The notes beneath the pieces are model-generated. The model made no database searches. It was not told where the DNA came from and worked only from the letters and a program-made list of their open reading frames with translations. Shown here piece by piece: positions 25,901 to 37,929 of a stretch of DNA of 64,000 nucleotides. Within the stretch, counting starts at the first letter, position 1. Each line of letters starts with the position of its first letter. Location of the stretch: contig NW_019218298.1 in the NCBI RefSeq assembly GCF_002571385.2, positions 137,170 through 201,169 on the forward strand, in the 5' to 3' direction. The position numbers and the translations under genes are program-made. The DNA is from Stylophora pistillata. Taxonomy: Eukaryota.

Positions 25901-28900
25901 AAAACATCACAATGGGACCAGCCGGGTCTTTCCAGTCCCAGACCTCCAATTTGTGTTCTCTAATTGTGTTTTTGTACCTGTAATGCGACCAAGCGTCATC
26001 CCGGCTTTCTCCTTTAAATACCTCCCGACATACCCTGCGGTCTGTCCACCAAGGCTAAATCCCACAATATAGAACCTCTTAGCCGAGTCAGGTGACCTCG
26101 AGGTACTGTTAATCAGGAACCTAATCAGCTCTGCCACTTGAGCCCCAACGAGCCGGGTGTTTCCAACAGATTGTCCATATCGTCTTTTGGCTCCTTTTGA
26201 CCAGTCCACCAAAATCACATTGCAGTCTTCTCGTTGTAAAAGGGCATCTTTCAATTCAATGGTCCATCCCTTGGTTGCACTTTCTAGAGTTAATGTTATA
26301 AAAATGTCGATAAAGTTGTTAGTTAAAATGTCATCTGTAAATATGCTTTAGTTTCTCCGAACAAAATTTCTACGGTCTAACTACGCCCTGAAGCGGACAA
26401 AAGAAATATTGGAGAGAGCGTAGGCCATCAATCGCCCCCCTTCCCCGGTGCTTGAGCCGCAAACAGCTTTGGCACTCACCTCTCCAGCCGTGAATCACGA
26501 AGATTGTTCGCCGTGACATGTCAAACTTCGGGGCCTTCAGTTTGTCTGTATCAAAATCGTCTATTCTCCCATACCCTTCCTTAGTGTACAAATCAAATGT
26601 TGTGCCAACAGCACTAGGATTTTGTGGTAGGCTTGGTTGAATACTGATCAAGCCCCAGCGGACACTAGGTTGTTTACTGAAGCAGCCGTACTTTTCATAG
26701 CAGACTTTCGAAGGGTTATTAAACAGGAAATCTGTGGATAGAAAAATGTATAAAGGATTGACTGTTATCTTTAAATTCATGCCCCTCGTGATTTTCTCTA
26801 ATCTACGAAATGCAAAAAGCCATAAAGAAAAAGAGCTCTTACGTTTTACTGGGATTTTTGTCCGATTCTTTGCGGCCCCGGAAAAAACCATGAACTCAAC
26901 CACTATTAGTAAGGCAGTGACGACACGCAAACCAAGTGCATTCATCCTTACTGGCTCTTCCACGAAAAGAAATGATCGTTTTAGGCTTTCGCACTTCTAC
27001 GTCAGTAGTTAAGGGCGCTACCATGGGCTGTGACCATTCAGAGAGCCGGATATCGTACACGTGACCACCAAGAACAATAGACCTCACACTTAAGAACAAT
27101 AGAACAAAAGGATTTGATCACGAAGACTTTCAACATCATCCCTATCAAGGCCGAAAATGTCCTGCCTGTCATCGAAAAGAGTGTCCTAATTATTCGTGCA
27201 ATAAATCACCAGAACTCACGTGTGAAAAGTGTCATCGCAATTTTTACAGTGTGGATTGTTATCAAGATCACAAAACCTCACAAGAAAAAGACAAGAACAC
27301 CATGTGTAAATTGTTTACTAAATGTACCAAGTGTTGTTAATTAGTCGAGCACTCCCATAAGAAAAAGAACAACGGAAAAAAGTAAAAAAACACAAATGTG
27401 GTTTGACCGTGTGTCCAGTATGTGGAGAAGATGTGGATACGGGAATCTACAAATGCTTTATTGAGCCTGTCGGAGAGAAAAAACGACCTCAACGTTCTAA
27501 AGAAGAAATTAAAACGAGGATCCAACGACTGCAGCGGGAAGGTATACCCGTAGCAGATATGGACCCCGAAGAATTAGAGTTCAACGATCCACTCATGGGT
27601 TACGCCGGGGTGGAAATGTGGGAATGTAATTGGGATGACTTCTCAAAGCGCGACCCGCGAGTGGTACGGTTTCTTGACACCTTAGAAATGGTAGAATCCC
27701 TGCATCCGCGACATGCTCTTACGGTGGAAGAACTGGCGCCACGTATTTGTACCACAAGACTGATGAGGCCCATGGAGAAAAAGTACATTACGTCGATGTC
27801 ACCTCTAAATATCCGTGGGTCAATAAGTATGGAAGATATCCCGTGTGACATCCACAGATTTTTACAAATCCTAAAACCACTGATCTAACAGATTATTATA
27901 AAATCGCCAAAGTTACGGATATTGTACCACCAGAAGAATTCTTCAATCCTGTCTTACCCTAAAGAAGTGGAGAAAAATTTGACTTTTCCGTTATGTCGTA
28001 ATTGTGTGGAAAAACAACAAGAGAAACCAATGCTCGACCGCCGATCGACCTATACTCAGACCGATCACGAACACCTCATCCACGACACGTGGTGTACACC
28101 CGAAATCAGTAAAGCCGTGGAAAAAGAGTACAGGATTGTAAAAATTCATGAAATGTGGCATTTTCGGGAAGAACAACGGGTCGAAGGATTGTCTAGCGGG
28201 TATTTAGATACATGGCTAAAAATAAAGCAAAAATCAAGCGGGCGGCCATCACATGTACGCATATCAGAAGAGTTACAAAATTACATTGACGACTATGAAG
28301 CGCAGGTAGGTATCAGAATCGAACCGGAAAAGATTTTAAAGAATGGAGCCAAATGTTCGTTAGCCAAACTCATGTTAAATTAACTCTGGGGTAAATTTAG
28401 AAAACGGCTTAACAAACCTGCGGTGGAATCAGTCACAGCGCCACACGAATTGTTTGAATATTTAAATAATTTGTTGGTGGTAATTCATGCGATTCGCATC
28501 TTTTCAGAGGATGTGTTGGAAGTAGTGTATTAATAGTTCTGTGGACGAAGACGCTTCTAAAGGCGGGAAAACTAATATCTTCATCGCCGCCTTTTCGACC
28601 GCGCAAGCCCGCTTGAAATTATACATTTATCTGGATCCTTTAATTACAAGATCGTTTTCTCAGCTTTAAAACAGTTTTGTGCCGGGAGTTCTTTTATTCG
28701 CATCTGATTTGTATGAGGAAATAAAACAGCCGTAGGTGTTTTCTTGAGTTCTTCGTAGCTACTAATATAATAGTAATACCATATTTCACCATGGTAATCC
28801 ACTTAGCAGAAGCTGTAATGAATGATGCCCTAGGTAAATCCAAGCAAATTCAAAATTCATGGATCTTAATGGTTTCATGGTTGCGTTTCTCGCATGAGAA

Positions 28901-31900
28901 AAAATTGCATCTTAGAGACCAGTCATCACTTACCGCCAGAAGACATTATCTCAATCATGGTAAATCTCCTGCTACTCTTTTTCCCTTCTGTTGTTTGAAA
29001 AGTTGGAAAATTTGACTTTTGAGCGGGATTTTTTTAAGATGCACAAACCACTGGGTAATTCATCTAACGATCAAACCGCATCCATTTTATTCGCGAATGT
29101 GGCAGCCAAACACTTGCAACCCTATTTTTCCTCTGTTCCAGAACACTGCACTGCATGTGGCCGCCATTCACGATTACCCAGACGTTGTGTCGTGTTTGCT
29201 ATCGTATCCTGAACAGGAAATCCTCATGAACAAGAAGAATCGTAATGTATTGGATGCTGCCATAAATGCCGAAAGAAAGAATGTTGCACTTGCGATAGCA
29301 AGCCATGACAGGTCAGAAAAAAAGGTGTTTCTTTTTTCAAGTATGTTCTTGAAATCTCTCTCTCTCTCTCTCAAAAAAAAAAAAAAGCCAAATGATAAAA
29401 GCATCGTCATCAAATTGCAGTTTCATGGAAATAGCTGCAGGTGTAAAAAATTACTCTTATTTTCATAGATGGCGCGAAGTGCTGACATCGTCTTCCCCTG
29501 GCCATATCGCGCAGATGCAAAAGCTCGTGATTAAAATACCAGAAGTCGCTATAGTAAGTAAACTCAAATTCTTGTCTCCCTATTTCATAGATAAATACTA
29601 ATCGGAGGTTAAACTCTGCTGTAATTGTAATCCTTGGGTAACTGAGTGGTGAAGGTAATTCTGGATATCTTTGAATTTATGAGCTTCGCCTTAATTGTGG
29701 TTATTATTGAAATGTCTCTCTATTTTCCAAATCAAGAGAATGCCAACTGTTTTGAAGTTCTTTTGTCCAAACCAATCACTTGCAGAACAAAAATCAATAA
29801 TGACTTCGTTATGTAAGTTTTCCCACACTTTAGACCGACAGGTTGATTGTTTTTTACTCTGAGCTCTCATCTTTTTTTTTATTGGCCGTTGTGTTTTCTT
29901 TTTTACGATTTTACGATATTCAAATGCTCCCACCACTTAAAATTTTCATTTTCAACAAAGTTTCACTTTACAACGTATAACGTTTTTGTTCTGGTTTACA
30001 GCGATTCATGGATCAGTGTATCACAAGGGAAGGAAATCCAGACGGAGAAGACTACAAAGTAAGTGTCATCTTCTACCTGAAAAAAAGGAATACACTGAAA
30101 TGCCTGGCACTTAGCGCGAGTACGTATTCGAAAGGTCTGAAATCCTCTTGTGGAAATAAACCGCATCCATTTTTTTTTTGCTGTCAGATACTCTTTGTGC
30201 TGACCTGCAGAGAGTCTTTTATCGAGCTGGATTAAATACCGGGTTAATATGTGACAAGCGTCCTGAATACTGTTGGGATCTGTTGTGTCGAAAGTAAAGA
30301 TTTTTCATTCTAAAATACAATGTTTTTTTTATAGCAAAGTGCGTAAGAAGTACGACCAGATTTCTATATGCGACCAAATAGGGTCTGACTTTTGTAACGA
30401 ATAGCGCTCCAAAGTAAATGACATACAAAATGTAAAAAGTTAGAATTATGAACAATTGTTTATCGTATCAATTCCAAATTTTAAGTTAAATTGTTTAACC
30501 TTCACAAAATTTGTCTCTTTCCTAACTTTCTAAAGACTACGTATCAAACTAGGCAAAGTTATTTGATGCTTAAAGACCTTACTGATCCATCACACTACAA
30601 TATATCGGAAAGGTCCTTGTCTTGATAAACGACGACAATTGTTTACATTTCATTTTCAGATTACATACGATTTTACCATAATTCAAGGATCACAGCAGCC
30701 AACCCAAGATCCACTGGTAGTACTTAAGGTATGAACGAGGGGGAAGAGGTATTTTTTGTTCTTCAAAAGGAATTTTACTGATCACGAACGTTATTTTCGC
30801 TTTCCACTTACAGACCATGCTGGAACATCGTCGAATATCCTGCTTGACTCATCCAGTATGCTTTATCGTTATGAACAAAAAGTGGTAAGAGATACTACGA
30901 ATGCATAAAATTTTCTCTGAACGTAGGAGAAACAGTCAAGCTGCATGTATTAAGATATGTATTAATAATTAATATTAACATGTATTAAGATAGTCCTAGT
31001 AAGAGTGGTGCTGAAAACTGACAACTGATGTCTTAAATGGTTAGCAATGTTTTTTCAAGGTACCTTTCAGATAAGTTGATCAAAATTGTTGAATGGTGGA
31101 ATTGTTACAGTATTTTTACTTGACCCTCTCCTCCCTCAGGCAGACGTTTGGATGGAAGTCGTTAGTTATTAACCTTGTTCTGTATCTTATCTTCGTGGTA
31201 CCACTAACCGCGCTTGCAATCTTCACGAGGGCGAATGAAAGGCGCCTTTGCCGTTTGAACGAATCCCTATCAAGAAAGGTATCTATTTTGATTGTTTTTT
31301 GTGCAATAATGTACATTCTTGGGTACGCACAAACATTACGGATAATTTCCCCATGGTCAGTTATTTAGCTATATCTTGGGGATGGTTCAGGAAAAAAAAA
31401 AGAAGAAGAAAATTACCAAAGCTGGGTAACCAAAACTGTTCACATAACAATGTCAATCAATAATATTAAATCCTTAGAACACTCATTTTTGACTGTTGTA
31501 AGTTACCGATGGACCCTTTTCGAAATTGTAAAACATCCTCAATTTCAAAATGTGGCTGGGTGTACAACGTTTTCTATGAAGTAAATTTGATTGCAGTAGG
31601 GCTAAAAGTCACTTTGGCATCAGAAGGCTTCGTTGTTCCCTTCGCCTTCTGTATTTCGAGAATGGCCCTTCCTTATTTTACTTTGATGGATAGTACAACC
31701 CACGTGAGAACCAAGGATCTCCTCCTTCGTCAGTTTTTTCCAACGTCTAATTCATTTTTAATAATTCTCGCTTTTTTTCAGGAATATATCCACATGAATG
31801 TCCCATGTAATTTAACAGACTCGGTAAGAGAGTTGTACGTTTTGCAACATCTACACAACATCTTTTGTATGAAGTGCCATTTACTAGTTTGAAAAATTCT

Positions 31901-34900
31901 CATTTCGAAATGCAGAGACTTCTCAGCTAATGACACAGGAAAAAATTGTTTTCATGTAGGAGTGGTCTACCCTCGCTATTAGCAGAGAAGAAGTTTACGG
32001 TGTTGTCTCTACAATTGACTCCTTCTTGCCCTTACTATTAAACAAGTGAAGATGAAATTTCCTGTGTTCAAATATCAAAGCGGGCAGGATATGGGACATA
32101 TATTCGGTTGCTCTGTTGATGTTTTGGTTTGTTTTTTTCTAACAGGTTGCTCAGGTTCTTCAGTTTGCAGTTGGGATAATCGCAATTCTTCACCTGATAA
32201 AAGAATTACTGCAGCTAAAGAAGCAGGTTGGTTATTTCACATTGATCACGATTAAGCAAGATTAAAACAGCTTCCACTGATTGTGAATGAATGAGAATGG
32301 TAAGGAATACCCTTTCTTTTAACAGACAGTCGCACCAAAACGTTTCGTGGAACCAAACATAGTAATCACGATAGTAAATTTGAGCAGAAAAGAAAATCGA
32401 ATAAGAATATAGAATGAATACCTGCAAACTGCCTGAAGAGCTGGAAAATGTGAGTGAGAAGTCGTAGTTGATCTTAAGGAAGCATCTAATGGTTGAGAAG
32501 ATGGTGCGAGTGTCTGGACCAATCAAGGAGCGTGGTGTGGGTGAAGCGGCGTTAGGTGGCGTGATAGAAAATTATTCAATTAAAACCACTGCATTTAAAT
32601 GCTTCTTAAATTCTTTTATATTCGCAATTGAAGTCCAAATACTAAATATGTCTACTTCATGTTCTAGAGGATTAAATATCTTCGTTCACTGTCCAACTAC
32701 TTTGAGTGGGTGGGGTATGGCTTTGCGTTGTTTTACATTGTTCCCCCTTGTGACTGTAAGCTGGGATTCCGGCAGGAAATTGGAGCAATGGCCTTGTTCT
32801 TTGGCTGGATGAACCTCATCTTGTTTCTTAGAAGGTATTAATGATGTATACATAAGATAATTAAGAGGACCAATTTTGTGATAGGTCATTGAATTGGAAA
32901 GATTCATTCCTCTATAAATGATCGCAAATTAAGCTCCTCGTGTCGATGATGAAAAAGTGAGATGTGAAAATCTTTAAGCCCGAAATGGCTTTCATCAGTA
33001 AACATTAACATTTCAGGCATCTTTTGCAAATCACAAGCAACATTTCTACCCGACTGAGAGGATTCTGCTACCTAGGAGTCAAAAACTCAAAATCTATGTA
33101 CGGCTCATTAATTCAGTTTTCCTGTAACTCAAAAGAACAAAAATCATGGCTAGACATAAATCATTCTTTTTTCATCCTCAAATTACAGGTTTTCGTCCTA
33201 TGGACAATACATAATAATGTTGACAACAATGTTTGCCACCCTGTTTAAGGTGGGTATTTAATCATGAAACAATAACGAAGGAATATCGGGCATGTGATAT
33301 GTTTTTATCATCTCCAAACTATTCTAATGGCATCTTACGAACGATTTTGTCACGACACCATCTGATTCAGTTACGAAAATAAGAACCTAATTAAACCAAC
33401 GGATCGAAATTCACAAATCGAAGTTGATACCTGTGATAAACTTGGCTTTAATACCAGGATGGATCAATTTCAAAGCAATATGACGTGCCCTAAAGCACAT
33501 GGGCCCAAACATGCAACGGAACACTAGAACAGAACCGGAAATACTTAATACTACAATAACCTAAATAAATCTTCAGCTGATAACCTCACGGCTAGACTGA
33601 CGAAACCGTTTCCAACGACAGGCTGACAAATTACTCTCTTCGTTTCCATCGACAAATTATCATGCAATTGTAGCGAGATTGCGCAAATAACTTCACAGAA
33701 ACTACTTGGACAAAAATTAGACAATCACTTCAGTTTTACTGAAGACATAGATGACATTTGTAAAAAGGTGTCACAACGTATTGCGGTGCTGAAGAAGATT
33801 AAGTGTAACCTGCCTCTAGCCGAGCGTAAGCTACATTTCAACGCCTTCATAAAGCCAATAATGTTGCATGGCTCATGTGCATGGTGCACTGCGTCAGTAG
33901 AGAACGTTAACCTCTTATCCAAGCTGCAAAAGCGAGCAGCTCGAGTAATCCTGGATACTGACATCGGTGAAAGAAGCGAGATGCTTTTTAGCAGACTCGA
34001 TTCACTTAAGGAAGAATTAAACCTTAAAAGGACTAGTTTAATATTTAGGCGCATCAAAGATGAAAATAATTGTCCGAGTTATATAACAGAACTTTTAACG
34101 AGAAACTCAGACCGACACACCAGAACCAGTCGCTATAGAAAATATAACTTAGTGTGCCCCTCCTATAATAGAAAAACGAAGGGGAAGGGGACGAACTTTT
34201 CAGGCCAGTGGAGCAAAACTATGGAACAGCATCCCTTTAGAAATTCGCAAGAAAGACTCCATTGGCTCTTTTAAATCTTCTGTTCGAAAATATTTTTTAT
34301 CCAAGAACTCCTTGCTTAGTTTTTAGTTGTGCATATTCAGATTTCACCCAGAAATTTTCTTTTTTTTTTTTTACTATCTTACAAGTGTAAATAGTTTTTA
34401 ACTTTTAACTTAGGATAGAGGGCCACTGGTTCGTCAGTTTTTAACTGTTATGTGTTACCCTCTATGTGTTACTTACTTGTTGTTACTTACTTACTTACTT
34501 ACAAAAAAACTCTCGTTTTACCTATGTTACCCATGTCAACCTTCTCAGGTGTAAGCCTAAACTAGAGAATAACACAAAACTAACCTTAATTGTTTGATAG
34601 CGTAAAACTAATGTGATTACCATCAATGTTTTCCAGGTCCTGCTCCTGTTTTTCATGTTAGTCATGGCTTTTAGCAGCACATTTTACCTGCTCTTAGACG
34701 AAGAAACGGTGAGATTTAAAGTCTGGTCTCATTTTTTATTGTGTATTTCATTGAATTTTCATTGTGTTTTTGAGTCTGTCAGTCCATGAGCCGGTTAGTC
34801 AGTCTATTGGCCAGACATTCAGTCAGTTAATAAGGCAGCCAATCAGTCGAACAGTCGATAAGTCAGTCAGTAAGCCAGTCAGTAAGCCAGTCAGTAAGCC

Positions 34901-37900
34901 AGTCAGTGAGCCAGTCAGTAAGCCAGTCAGTAAGCCAGTCTAACAGTCATCCATCCAGTCAATCGGTCAATCAGTCCGCCAGTTTTCAGTCAAGTAGAGG
35001 GTGCACGGGGTGGGCCACATCTCGCCTCGGGGGGTGACGTCCCTGCCCGAAAATCCTGTATTCCCCAGTTATGGGATAAATAGTGAAGCCATGGACGCAG
35101 GTGGTGGACTAGCTTGCTCAAGCATCTGTGACGTAATCGCGGTAGTGGTCAGAAAGTAGTATCAGCCTTTCAGCTGACACTGCAGAAGGCCATGGCAGCA
35201 GGTGGCATTGTGTTCTGTGCGAGCACCAAGACATCTTCCCAGAAGTGGCCAGCAGGGTTCTTATCAGTTTCAACTGATACTGCGGCGAAGTTACTGTTTG
35301 TCCGGGCCGTCGGGAACCTTTTTTGCCGCATGGATCCTCAGCCAGTAACCCAGAGAGTGGTGAGAGTACCCGAACAATGCTCTTGTCACCATAAAAATCT
35401 CGTGCAGTCCTCCCTCCTACTCATTAATGAGTGGCAGCCGATTATTAGTTTATCTATCTGCATTTCAGCTGTCATCCGGCAGCAGATCACTCAACCAGTC
35501 AGTCATGTAATCTTTGCGCATACTGGTATTTATTTATCAATAACATCCATATCATATGGATGGATGGATGAATGGATGGATAACCTTTATTTAAACACGA
35601 TAAAAATTAATAGATTGACCATTTTATTTTTTCAGGAACCCTATGCCACCTTTCCATACTCCATGATGACCATTTTTGTGATGACTCTCGGTGAACTCAA
35701 CTATGCTGACTTGTTCATGCCTTGGGACAAACTGGAATATGCCGCACTGACCAACATCCTGTTTTTCATGTTCGTGTTGGGAATGCCTATCATTCTTATG
35801 AACATGTTGGTGAGTACCGCTTCGATAACACGAAATCAGAGATGCGAAAACCTGTTCAAACCGTATTTACTTGACTAGACCGCTATCCTGGCAGTTAGTT
35901 CGGCCTTGAAGCAGAAAGACTTGTCGAAAGGCATGAATTCGAGGCTCATCGAGTTAAACTTCACTTCTACACTTTTAAATGAAAATTTACCTCTCTTAAC
36001 AGTTGTTTTTAAAAATGACAGAGTTTAGTAGTATCGATTACAAAATTTGAACGGTTTTGTTTTTAAACGTCATGTCATTTTAAAATCGTCACAGATCGGT
36101 CCCCTCACAACACTCTGTTCAGACGTCCTCAAGTAGGTAATACGTAAATTCAAAGCCGAAAAAACTACATCGAATGAGGAAAAATACCATATGAATTTCA
36201 CCAGTTACGACACTAGGAAGAAAATATACTGGGGTGTAATAAGCAATGAATTTGTTTACTTATGTCTTGTTACAAGGTGGGCCTTGCTGTTGGTGATATC
36301 GACAAGATCCAAGTGAATGCTTTAATTGACCGTTATGTGATGCAGGTTGGTCTGAAAGAACAGATTTAGTGAGCAAGGCTCTTGCAGTAGCGACACTAAG
36401 TTGGTTTCGCTCTATCGAAACCTTGTCTCTAGCGCTTTCGTGTCTATGCTTACTTCACTCCCTTTGAGTGGTTTTGTAAGAGAATTTCTATCTTAGCGGC
36501 TAACTAGATACCAGTCTCAACTAACTAAAAGCATTTGCTCGTTCCATTCCTCTTTAGGTCGAGTTGGTTTTAGACATGGAGGAAACAGTGCCTAAATCTA
36601 TTGTTAAACATGCCCATGTAGATAAACACGTTGAATATCCCAACAGGAGTGCATCCAAGGTATTGCTCATGTTCACAAAATTAAGTTTTCACTGAAACCT
36701 TTCGCCTGTTACAATTTACAAAACTCTTACCTTCTTAGATGTTTCCCTTCCACAACTAATTTTCTTCTTCATTTGCACAAACATTCTAGACTGTTCACAT
36801 CAAAAATCGTAAGAAGTTAGGCCTGAAATGTCATGAGCAATTTTTTATGTTCAAAATGGCGAAAGGGTTCCAGTATGATCATGTGTAAGACGTCGCAAAA
36901 TGTTACTTTCCATCTCGCTTTACATACCGGAAAGGAGCCCGCCGTCCTCCCAGTTGGTACGACGACTAGACTAATAGAAAAGTAAAATCCAGTCTCTCTC
37001 TCTAAGACTAGCCGCATAAGTTGTATTTTAAAACTTTTCTCTTCCAGCTCTATGAGAAGCTTTTGGGTTTCAGCCGTCCGGAAGGAGATGATGATGAAGG
37101 GGACACATCCCCAGACCTCCCCCCTGCATTTCATCCACTACTGAAGAGAATGGAGGAGCAGGAGAATAGGTACGAGCCTGAAACTAAGTCAGATATTTTT
37201 TACTAATATGCAAGAATGAAAAAAGTCTGGCTCGAGAGAACTGGAGAAGAGGCAAACGTGTATGATTGCACAGTTATAACATACCTCTCGCAATTTTTAC
37301 AAACTTCGACCATGTAGTTGGAAACAAAATTAGTAAATAGAATGATAGAATATTTGCAACCTCTCCCTTTTCCGGTATCGTGGACGTTTTCAGGGTAATT
37401 TACGTGAAGGAATAAACAGAAAGAAATCTTCCTCTTTTCCACAGATTCATGAAACTTTGCCGTTCACGTATGATGTGCAATGTAACATTAAACATTTTGA
37501 TCGTGAACACCTTCTTGCAGTACTAACACTATACTAACCAATATCATAAGTAATAAATACACCTAATGTATGTCAAGGTGCAAACGTCAGTTTTTTCCAA
37601 AGAGGGGTGAAAAAAAAAGCAAGGGCATGGCTACAAAGGATACTTTTCAGATTTCGATCCCCTTCTAGTACAAAAACTTACAATGTATAGCGAGAAAGAA
37701 AAAAAGGAAAAACAACGGAAAAAGATGGCGCACTCCCGAATTTCAATAAGACACTAGTGTTGAACCCACCTTTCCTTTGCCTCTAAAACGCATTGCTGAA
37801 ATTATGATAGGTTAAATCTCTAACCCCGTTTTTGTCTCACACGGTAGGATCAGTGGCATCTACGAGCTGTTGCAGGAACAATCAAGGCTTCTCAAATCGA

Positions 37901-37929
37901 TCAGTCAACGAAAACAAACGGAGGAGTAG
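16972..37929 (+). CDS. TRPA1: TRPA1-like transient receptor potential channel (ankyrin repeats + 6 TM), 29 coding exons, ~1062 aa
   Basis: Phase-consistent GT-AG exons: 16972-17139, 17692-17785, 18292-18467, 18609-18716, 19072-19180, 19543-19640, 20160-20207, 20558-20743, 21067-21255, 22070-22156, 22479-22564, 22836-22997, 23619-23733, 29142-29311, 29469-29553, 30002-30058, 30660-30728, 30814-30884, 31140-31278, 31782-31823, 32146-32226, 32668-32834, 33189-33249, 34637-34708, 35636-35809, 36277-36345, 36558-36659, 37048-37169, 37848-37929. Many TPLH/TALH ankyrin repeats, LTHPVC..KKW pre-S1, MTLGELNY filter, [14 protein letters not shown]6/TRP-like helix. AATAAA at ~38065 and ~38328. Family is secure; strict orthology to TRPA1 is not tested. 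Confidence 0.95.
21433..21750. repeat. Intronic MITE-like interspersed repeat
   Basis: GC-richer block whose end (CCCAGTACGGCCCTCGCGCTTGGTTAATGAG) resembles, in reverse, 54428-54520. Confidence 0.5.
22633..22716. repeat. Short palindromic MITE
   Basis: CAACCTCGTTCCCAGGGCTTTTCC ... GGAAAAGCCCTGGGAACGAGGTTG perfect terminal inverted repeat. Confidence 0.85.
24193..26945 (-). CDS. Secreted pancreatic-lipase-related (triacylglycerol lipase/PLA1 family) gene, nested antisense in TRPA intron 13
   Basis: Exons 26843-26945, 26480-26731, 25978-26283, 25221-25436, 24732-24962, 24193-24242, all phase-1 junctions, no internal stops. Signal peptide [24 protein letters not shown]; VCYEKYGCF; IHGW; NVILVDW; nucleophile GFSLG; RITGLDPAG (Asp); DVIHTD; DFFPNGG; CDHQRA (His). 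No C-terminal PLAT domain. Confidence 0.92.
25504..25630. repeat. Two-copy ~63-bp tandem duplication in a lipase intron
   Basis: TTTGTAACACAGAACTAG...GGTCG(T/C)GCTAGTCAC occurs twice with few mismatches. Confidence 0.9.
27105..28640 (+). mobile_element. Decayed protein-primed DNA polymerase B of Polinton/Maverick/adintovirus type (endogenous viral element fragment)
   Basis: Across frameshifts and stops: Cys-rich N-terminus ([25 protein letters not shown]), [69 protein letters not shown]. Exonuclease region appears deleted near 27480-27600. Confidence 0.9.
33630..34502 (+). mobile_element. CR1/L2-clade LINE 3' fragment
   Basis: ORF2 C-terminus ([32 protein letters not shown]) followed by a 3' UTR and a (TTAC)n tail. 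Confidence 0.85.
34862..34942 (+). repeat. (CAGTAAGCCAGT)n minisatellite
   Basis: About six 12-bp units; only about one unit at the paralogous site near 62520. Confidence 0.9.
34997..35459. mobile_element. GC-rich ~460-bp insertion of unknown class in TRPA intron
   Basis: Absent from the paralogous intron at ~62590, where CAAGTAG runs almost directly into GCATTTCAG. Confidence 0.65.

Noticed and set aside
27105-28640. Active Polinton or functional polymerase
   Set aside because: Multiple stops and frameshifts, an internal deletion, truncation before the YxDTDS motif, and no TIRs or other viral genes.
34862-34942. Regularly spaced short repeats (also 56085-56162, 61240-61292) as CRISPR-like arrays
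   Set aside because: No unique spacers, no cas genes, eukaryotic context; simple minisatellites.
35192-35878. 228-aa ORF as an independent gene
   Set aside because: Only 35636-35809 is coding (TRPA pore exon); the rest is open intron and insertion sequence.
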